60,698 nt of DNA, taken from positions 1 to 60,698 of the forward strand of contig CAYSFA010000001.1 in NCBI GenBank assembly GCA_964430025.1, given 5' to 3'. Made by a program: the position numbers and the translations under genes. How positions within the stretch are numbered: position 1 is the stretch's first letter; every line of letters begins with the position of its first letter. Under the pieces are notes generated by a model. It saw only the letters and a program-made list of their open reading frames with translations. It ran no database searches and was not told the DNA's origin. The stretch comes from an uncultured Anaerolineaceae bacterium. GTDB lineage: Bacteria > Chloroflexota > Anaerolineae > Anaerolineales > Anaerolineaceae. Shown here one piece after another: positions 54,313 through 60,698 of the stretch.

Positions 54313-56730
54313 TTAAGAATTTACACTCGGAATCTGATATCCCAATAACCGCAGGGCATTCAGTGCAACCAGAACGGTGCTGCCCTCATGGAAGATGACT
54401 GCCGCGCTGAGTTCCACCAAACCAGCAACAGAGGTGACAATCAGTATACCTATAACACCCAGCGAAATGGCCAGGTTTTGTTGTATTATTTTTCGGCTGG
54501 CTCGGCTTAACCCCACAGCAAAGGGTAACTTACAAAGGTCGTCTGCCATTAACGCTACATCTGCAGTTTCAAGCGCGACAGCTGTACCAGCTCCTCCCAT
54601 GGCGATCCCGACGGTGGAGGTAGCTAATGCTGGAGCATCGTTGACCCCATCCCCCACCATAGCGACAGCACCATATTCTTTCTGTAAGCTTTTCACCATT
54701 TCCAGTTTATCCTCAGGCAAAAGAGATGCTTTCACTTCGGTCACGCCTACTTCCCGACCAACCTGTTCAGCAACAAATTGGTTATCACCAGTCAACATGA
54801 TCAGCTGATGAATGCCTAATTCCCTCAGATGAGACAAAACCGATACCACAGTTGGTCGAGGCACATCCGAAAGTGCAATAATGCCAAGAAATGTGCCATT
54901 GTGACTGACGATCATGGTGGTTCGCCCTCGATTTTCCAGATTTTCTACTTGATGGCGAAGACTTTCATCCACTTCTTTTTCATGTCCATCTTCGAAAAGT
55001 TTGAGAGAACCAATTAAAACCGGTTGTCCACCAACCTGGCTGCGAACTCCCTGACCGGGAACATTTTCCAATTCACTTGCGGAAGGAAGGGAGAGTTTTC
55101 TTTCCTGGGCAGCCAACACAATCGCCTGTGCCAGAGGATGGTTCGATTGTTGTTCCACCGAAGCAGCTATTCCCAATAGTTCATCGGAATTTGTGCCATT
55201 TAACGGCACGATGTCGGTTACCTGAAACCGACCTTTGGTGAGCGTTCCGGTCTTGTCAAAAGCAATTACATCCAATTTCCCTAAATTTTCGAGATGCACG
55301 CCGCCTTTGATCAACACGCCACTCCTGGCTGCCCTGGCAATTCCTGAAAGAACTGCTGCAGGGGTTCCGACAGCCAATGCACAGGGGGAGGCAGCCACCA
55401 ACAGCAGCATGGCACGATAAAAACTATCTGAAAGGGGTAGCCAGCCCATAAGTGGGGGAACAACCGCCACGAGAACAACCAAGATTAAGACAATCGGAAC
55501 AAACCATGCAGTGAACCGTTCGGTGAATTGCTGGGTTGGGCTTTGTTGCGCCTGGGCTTCAGCCACCATTTTAATAACCCTGCTAAGAGTGGTATCTTCT
55601 GGCCTGTGAGAAACACGTACTTCCAAAGCTGCTTCGTGGTTGATCGTGCCAGCAAACACTTCATCATGTACACTTTTCTGAACTGGAACAGATTCGCCGG
55701 TAATCGGACTTTGGTCCACTGCACTATCCCCCAGAATAACCACACCATCTACAGGAATACGATCCCCTGGACGGACAATAACTACATCATCAATGGCAAG
55801 CTCTGCAACTGGAGTCTCAACTATTTCTCCTCCCAGGCGGACCCAGGCAGTTTTTGGCATCAATTCCCCCAATGCATTTATCGCATTACGGGCTTTATCC
55901 AGGGCGTAGTGCTCTCCGGCATGTCCCAGACCAAACAAGAAAAGCAGAAAAGCACCCTCAGCCCATTCCCCCAGGATTGCTGCGCCGACAGCAGCTGCCA
56001 GCATCAAAGTGTCCGTGTCAAATTTCCCTCTGAATAAGGCAGGGATGGCATGCACGGCGGTATCATACCCACTGGACAGATAGGATAATATAAAGAATCC
56101 CAAGGTGACCAATGCCGGCCAACCTAGAAATCGTTCTCCTATCCAACCAAATAAGAGCAGCAAACCTCCTAATACAATCAGGATCAGGTCCCATCGTTTC
56201 TGCATCCATTGCGGTAGGAATTTAGGTACATGGCTATGTTCATGTTCTTCATGCTCCCCTTCGTGATCTTTCAATAAATCTTCAGGTCGCTCCGGACGAG
56301 CACCAAAACGCCGCATGGTGTGTTCAATCTGATTCAAAGTAAGTGATTTATCATCAAATGCCACAAAAACCAACCCGGCAGTGTAGCTGACACTGGCATG
56401 CAGCATACCTATCATGTCTTCCAATTCTTTTGTTAAGGAAGTCGCGGAATCAGCTGAGTTCAGCCCTGAAAATGGAATCTCAGCATGCCTGTAACGGTTA
56501 CTGATTTCAGCACCGGCTTTTTCGGCGATGCGGCTAACTGCGGCGAGAGAAATCAGATTTGGTTCATAATGAATACATACATCAACAGGATCATGATCCT
56601 CATGCAGATGAACCCTAATAATACCTTTGTGGGATTGCAATTGGTCAATTATTTTCTCTTTACAGTCATTACAGTCATCGTGTTCAAGAAGGATCAGTGG
56701 AATTGAGATTTCGACGATTTTTTCAGACAT
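54313..56730 (-). CDS. heavy-metal-translocating P1B-type ATPase (Zn/Co/Cd-type predicted)
   Basis: DKTGTLT, GDGVNDAPAL and HEGSTVLVALNALRLL motifs. The TM6 motif is SPC (AASPCALAV) rather than CPC. N-terminal CNDC and a His-rich stretch DHEGEHEEHEHSH. Confidence 0.9.
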   Translation of the reverse strand: MSEKIVEISIPLILLEHDDCNDCKEKIIDQLQSHKGIIRVHLHEDHDPVDVCIHYEPNLISLAAVSRIAEKAGAEISNRYRHAEIPFSGLNSADSATSLTKELEDMIGMLHASVSYTAGLVFVAFDDKSLTLNQIEHTMRRFGARPERPEDLLKDHEGEHEEHEHSHVPKFLPQWMQKRWDLILIVLGGLLLLFGWIGERFLGWPALVTLGFFILSYLSSGYDTAVHAIPALFRGKFDTDTLMLAAAVGAAILGEWAEGAFLLFLFGLGHAGEHYALDKARNAINALGELMPKTAWVRLGGEIVETPVAELAIDDVVIVRPGDRIPVDGVVILGDSAVDQSPITGESVPVQKSVHDEVFAGTINHEAALEVRVSHRPEDTTLSRVIKMVAEAQAQQSPTQQFTERFTAWFVPIVLILVVLVAVVPPLMGWLPLSDSFYRAMLLLVAASPCALAVGTPAAVLSGIARAARSGVLIKGGVHLENLGKLDVIAFDKTGTLTKGRFQVTDIVPLNGTNSDELLGIAASVEQQSNHPLAQAIVLAAQERKLSLPSASELENVPGQGVRSQVGGQPVLIGSLKLFEDGHEKEVDESLRHQVENLENRGRTTMIVSHNGTFLGIIALSDVPRPTVVSVLSHLRELGIHQLIMLTGDNQFVAEQVGREVGVTEVKASLLPEDKLEMVKSLQKEYGAVAMVGDGVNDAPALATSTVGIAMGGAGTAVALETADVALMADDLCKLPFAVGLSRASRKIIQQNLAISLGVIGILIVTSVAGLVELSAAVIFHEGSTVLVALNALRLLGYQIPSVNS

Positions 56731-56782
56731 TTTTCCTCAGCAGTAATGATATTTCCTATTAATAAATATTTCCTGGTCGGTG

Positions 56783-57124
56783 CTACGCATGACTTACATG
56801 GTCTAAACCACGTTGAAATAATTCAGCGATATGCTCATCATCCAATGCCACAAAGACCTGCCTTCCTTGTTTACGTGTGCGAATAACCCGCTTATCACGT
56901 AGTCCGCGTAATTGATGGGATACTGCAGATTTTGATAACCCGACGATCCGAACCAGGTCTCCAACGTTGACCTCCCCTTCCAGTAAGATTGACAAGATTC
57001 TCAATCGGGTAGGATCACTAAGCGACCCGAACAAGGCTGCCAACCGAATTGCTGTATCTTCATTCAGGAACGTAATTGATAAAGATTTATCCATAATCTC
57101 TCCAATAGTTGCATGATTGCTCAA
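56783..57124 (-). CDS. ArsR/SmtB-family metalloregulator with an alpha5-type (Zn/Co) site
   Basis: wHTH region LSKSAVSHQLRGLRDKRVI. No alpha3 Cys pair (EVNVGDL). The C-terminal D-E-H-x10-H-x2-H (DEHIAELFQRGLDHVSH) has the spacing of the CzrA/SmtB alpha5 site. Confidence 0.8.
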   Translation of the reverse strand: MSNHATIGEIMDKSLSITFLNEDTAIRLAALFGSLSDPTRLRILSILLEGEVNVGDLVRIVGLSKSAVSHQLRGLRDKRVIRTRKQGRQVFVALDDEHIAELFQRGLDHVSHA

Positions 57125-57429
57125 CTATTGGATATCTTATAGCAAATTGTACTTTATGTCAAATCATAAATTTATGTTATTTTTGGATTTTTATGCAGAA
57201 ATAAAATAACTGAATAATTGTAGACCTGGATGAAGGAAAAAAGGATATGAATAAAAAAATCCAACTTTTCAGACAGATTTTGAAGGTAGCGGGGAGTGGA
57301 TTGGATTCACTTATCCCTCCGCAAGGAGAGGGAAACACTTTCACAGGTTATTAAGCAACTAGTTTTGTATAAATACACCTTGCCACCAGGTTAAGTTGTA
57401 CAATAAATCAAAACAGATCCCAAGATGAG

Positions 57430-59112
57430 GTGAAGTTGATCGAGAAAATTAATCAAAGCAGCCGGATCATTGTTGTAACATTGTTTGCATTAATGACTCT
57501 ACTCGGTCTTCTCGTTACCCCCGATTACGGGATGCCCTGGGATGAAGAGCTGGAAATACGGACCCTTGGTTCCAATGTTCGGGAATACATCAGCCTTTTC
57601 AAGGGGAAATTAGGCGAGCCATCCCAATCCTCACTCGGCATCCCATTCCCAGATTACCTTCAGAACCCAGACATGGACCACGGGCAGTCGGTCTATTACC
57701 CCCTAACGCCCGCTCTTTTCGCTGACTACGGTTCGAACGGCTCCAGGACCATGATGCTCATCTGGCACGGCTACACCTTTCTAATTTTTATGGCTGGTGT
57801 GATGGGGTTGTATTTTGTATGCAAATTTCTTACCGGAGACTGGAAGTACGGCCTTCTCGGAAGTCTTTTTTTGTTCCTGAGCCCGCGCTTTTTTGCTGAA
57901 GGTCATTACAACAGCAAGGACATGGTAGTGATGTCATTGATTATCCTGTTAATTGCTGCCGGGATCAAATTGATCGAGTCCAAGCGTTACTCATCCGCGA
58001 TCCTTTTTGCTTTCACGGCTGCGATTGCAACCAACATGCGCATCACGGCTCTCTTCATGTTTGGACTGCTCGGAGCACTCTATATTGTTAACCTGACCGT
58101 AAGAAAGGAATGGAAAGTCAAAAATCTCTGGGTCGGTCTCACTGCGATTCTTTCGTTCCTGCTGGTTTCCTACCTGATCACTCCCGCCGCCTGGCGCACA
58201 CCGCTCGAATACATTACCTATGTGATCGGTCGTTCGTCCAACTTTGCCGATTGGCCTGGCGTCGTGTATTTCCAGGGCTGGGTACGCCGGCCGGTGCCTT
58301 CCAGCTACATCCCAACCATGATTGCGATCACCACGCCTCTTCTCATCCTGGTACTTATCCTGCTCGGGCACGTTACAGCGTTTGTAGAATTTTTCCGCGG
58401 AGTGATGAGAAAAAAATTGATGAGGGAGACGGCATATTATCTCGTTTGCATCTTCTTCATATGGACCTTCCTGCTTTTCGCGATGATCAGGCAACCGATC
58501 CTTTATAACAGCTGGAGGCATTTTTATTTTCTGTACGGCCCGATGTTGATCCTTGCAGTCGCTGCTGTGCGCTTTTTGGTGGAACTCAAAAAGGGGAAAC
58601 TCAAGATTGTTGTTTTTTCAGCAGTCTCAATCCAGTTGCTGGTTTGCGTGGTTGTGATCTACATTTCCCACCCATTTCAGTACGTTTATTACAATCTCCT
58701 TGCCGGAAAAGATCCAGCTCAGAATTATGAATTTGATTATTGGAACGTCTCACAGACTCAGATGCTCATGAAATTGGCAGATCAAATCGATGGGGATAAG
58801 ATCAATGTCTGCGCATCCGATTGGTACTCTGCTGATGGGCTTGGGAAGTCGATAAAAGTTCTTCCCGAGGATTACAAAGAACGCGTCCAGCTTCGTTCTT
58901 GTTCCATTCTCGGGATGAAAACCGAAGCCGATTACCTGGTTGTTAACCGGGTTGTATTACAGGTGATGGAAGGCGAAAAACGCCAGCAGTGTTCCACCTG
59001 GCTGTACTATCCAGGCAGTATGTTCGATCTTTTGGACAAATATCCGGCTGTGACTTCACTTCGCGCATTTGGCTCAGAGTTTATGACAGTCTATAACCTT
59101 AGCAGGCAATAG
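57430..59112 (+). CDS. GT-C fold membrane glycosyltransferase (ArnT/PMT, GT39-like)
   Basis: About 12 TM helices with an acidic first-loop motif (TPDYGMPWDEELE) and a soluble C-terminal domain. GTG start is uncertain. GC is visibly higher than the window average. Confidence 0.5.
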   Translation: MKLIEKINQSSRIIVVTLFALMTLLGLLVTPDYGMPWDEELEIRTLGSNVREYISLFKGKLGEPSQSSLGIPFPDYLQNPDMDHGQSVYYPLTPALFADYGSNGSRTMMLIWHGYTFLIFMAGVMGLYFVCKFLTGDWKYGLLGSLFLFLSPRFFAEGHYNSKDMVVMSLIILLIAAGIKLIESKRYSSAILFAFTAAIATNMRITALFMFGLLGALYIVNLTVRKEWKVKNLWVGLTAILSFLLVSYLITPAAWRTPLEYITYVIGRSSNFADWPGVVYFQGWVRRPVPSSYIPTMIAITTPLLILVLILLGHVTAFVEFFRGVMRKKLMRETAYYLVCIFFIWTFLLFAMIRQPILYNSWRHFYFLYGPMLILAVAAVRFLVELKKGKLKIVVFSAVSIQLLVCVVVIYISHPFQYVYYNLLAGKDPAQNYEFDYWNVSQTQMLMKLADQIDGDKINVCASDWYSADGLGKSIKVLPEDYKERVQLRSCSILGMKTEADYLVVNRVVLQVMEGEKRQQCSTWLYYPGSMFDLLDKYPAVTSLRAFGSEFMTVYNLSRQ

Positions 59113-59240
59113 CAAAGCGATTTGGGATCGGAAATTCAAATCTTTACTTGGTTGTTTAACTCTCGTTGAATCATCTTGCTTATCTGTCGATATTTGCTAC
59201 AATAAACTTTAAAAACTAAAATGGTTTTAGGAGTTTCCTA

Positions 59241-59792
59241 TTGGCGACCAGAGAACAACTCTATTCTGAGACTATGAATCTATATTCCGCAAAGGGCAGC
59301 AGGTTCACCATGGATGAACTGGCGTCGCGGCTTTGCATCAGCAAGAAAACCCTCTATGAAATGGTGCACTCGAAGGAAGAACTGGCCGTGCAAGTTATCG
59401 AATATTACTTCAATGAAGTGGACGTCCTGCAAACAGCCATTCACGAAGACCACTCGCTCTCGACGGTTGAAAAACTGCGTCGGTTGTTGTGTGCCACACC
59501 GGATTTTCCTCTGCGCAAGTATCACCTGCACGACCTGAAAATGAACCTACCCGCAGCCTATGAAATGCTGGACAACAAGCTGCGTTTTGGTTGGGAGAAG
59601 ACGGCGTCAGTGATCGAACAAGCCAAGGCAGAAGGAGCCATCAGGAATATCGACACGCAATTGTTCAGCAAACTCTATGCTGCAGCCATCGAAGAGATCA
59701 TCCAGGGAAATGACATCACCGCCGACCTGGTTTTCAAGCGCAAGCAGGAGGAAATCGTTGACATTCTGCTGAACGGCATCTGCACAAAATGA
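59241..59792 (+). CDS. TetR-family transcriptional regulator
   Basis: N-terminal HTH FTMDELASRLCISKKTLYEMVHSKEEL. TTG start with AGGAG 7 nt upstream. Confidence 0.75.
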   Translation: MATREQLYSETMNLYSAKGSRFTMDELASRLCISKKTLYEMVHSKEELAVQVIEYYFNEVDVLQTAIHEDHSLSTVEKLRRLLCATPDFPLRKYHLHDLKMNLPAAYEMLDNKLRFGWEKTASVIEQAKAEGAIRNIDTQLFSKLYAAAIEEIIQGNDITADLVFKRKQEEIVDILLNGICTK

Positions 59793-59988
59793 CAAATTCA
59801 AAAATAACAATTTCTTCATCAATCATTGAAGCACGGAAGGGCAGTCGATGAAAAAGAATAAACGTCAAAACCCCACATCTCATCACGATAAGCTAGTCGC
59901 GCCGATGCGGGCCACGCAAAATGATATGTCTTGATGTCCAGGTAGTCACTCAAATCAGCGCATTGGTTTATCTCATTCTACTTGATTG

Positions 59989-60698
59989 TCAATCTTCGAC
60001 AAAACTCTTCAAGATTTCTCCAGTAGCAGGATCGATGAGACGATTGTTCACCAAAATTGGTCGCGATTCGATATTTTCCACATGATCAAGCTTATACCGA
60101 TAGGGTTCATTTTTCACCATGACCCACCATAATCCCTCTGCAATTCGGCGTGCCAATGCTGACGTCGCTTTGTAATAGTGTACCCTGCTACGATATTGAT
60201 CAAACCATGCTTTGAGAGGACCTTTACCATGAATAGCAAGTGCTTTAGCAGCTGAAAGGAGATGAAATTTAACTCGTGCATTTCCATGAGATGATCTGCG
60301 TTTCAACAACTTTCCTCCAGAAACTTCATTGGCGGGTACCACCCCAATCGCTTTAGAAAACGCTTCAGCTGTGCAGTAACGCTGATGGTAATTGGATCCC
60401 AACTCCGCGATTATTCGTAATGCAAGCATCGATGTTACTCCCGGAACAGTCGTCATCAAATCCACTTGATTTTCTAAATGACTTAAATTGATTTTGTCCA
60501 AAATCTCATTCTCGGCTTGTTTGATACGATCATTCAACATAATTACATCACCTAAAACTTCTTCAAGGTATGGAAGAATGTAATCTGGAAGCGGAACAGC
60601 AGCACATTTCACAATCTCAGGACGCTTATTGCGATTACGATGCAAAGCTGCAATTTCCTCTGGCGTTCTTCGATCAATAATTCCCTGTAAGATATTCA
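59989..60698 (-). mobile_element. IS110-family transposase gene, 5' end off-window
   Basis: C-terminal Transposase_20-like region LMTTVPGVTSMLALRIIAELGS ... AFSKAIGVVPANEVSGGKLLKRRSSHGNARVKFHLL. The frame remains open upstream of the track's Met (60645) to the window edge (NILQGIIDRRTPEEIAALHRNRNKRP). Confidence 0.8.

Noticed and set aside
57125-57180. Search for a 12-2-12 ArsR/SmtB-type operator upstream of the ArsR gene (imperfect palindrome ctattgGATATCttatag).
   Set aside because: Only a short, imperfect inverted repeat was found, and I could not match it to a known SmtB/CzrA box with confidence.
57247-57354. 35-aa ORF (MNKKIQLFRQILKVAGSGLDSLIPPQGEGNTFTGY) with an adjacent AAGGA in the ArsR/GT-C intergenic region, plus a 6-bp hairpin at 57314-57333.
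   Set aside because: It is too short, with no family signal or conservation evidence available. The RBS is immediately adjacent to the ATG, which is poor spacing. The hairpin is weak.
57991-58521. 176-aa minus-strand and 132-aa plus-strand ORFs (58110-58508) overlapping the GT-C glycosyltransferase gene.
   Set aside because: They occur only in the higher-GC block, where stop codons are rarer. Their products are Arg/Pro/His-rich nonsense-like sequences. The multi-TM frame at 57430-59112 is the coherent one.

Overview
AT-rich (about 40% GC by eye) bacterial chromosomal window; taxon not determinable from sequence alone. Positions 1-24258 (minus strand) hold one tightly packed operon for an Afp/PVC-type contractile injection system (eCIS). 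In transcription order it encodes an AAA+ ATPase, a 1287-aa DUF4157 (HEXXH) repeat protein, a small chaperone-like protein and a DUF4255 cap. These are followed by the sheath, two tube proteins, a chaperone-slot gene, an unannotated 52-aa ORF, a third tube-like paralog and a low-complexity tape-measure-like protein. The baseplate block is LysM tube initiator, VgrG-like spike, PAAR, gp25, baseplate-J and P2-gpI. It ends with non-canonical genes: a fibre-slot protein, an FHA protein and a truncated membrane protein. The most unusual signal is at the 3' end of the chaperone-slot gene. A G8 run sits 5 nt upstream of a 10-bp hairpin, and the -1 frame stays open for 53 more codons, like the phage tail-assembly-chaperone frameshift. 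The rest is mostly housekeeping or accessory. It includes an M23 peptidase, two sugar ABC systems and an LTD-EEP extracellular nuclease with a phosphodiesterase. A LacI-controlled alpha-galactoside locus carries three perfect TGTCATCGATGACA palindromes. The last 6 kb looks more GC-rich and holds ArsR plus a P1B ATPase, a GT-C glycosyltransferase, TetR and a truncated IS110 transposase. No rRNA, tRNA or CRISPR array was seen.
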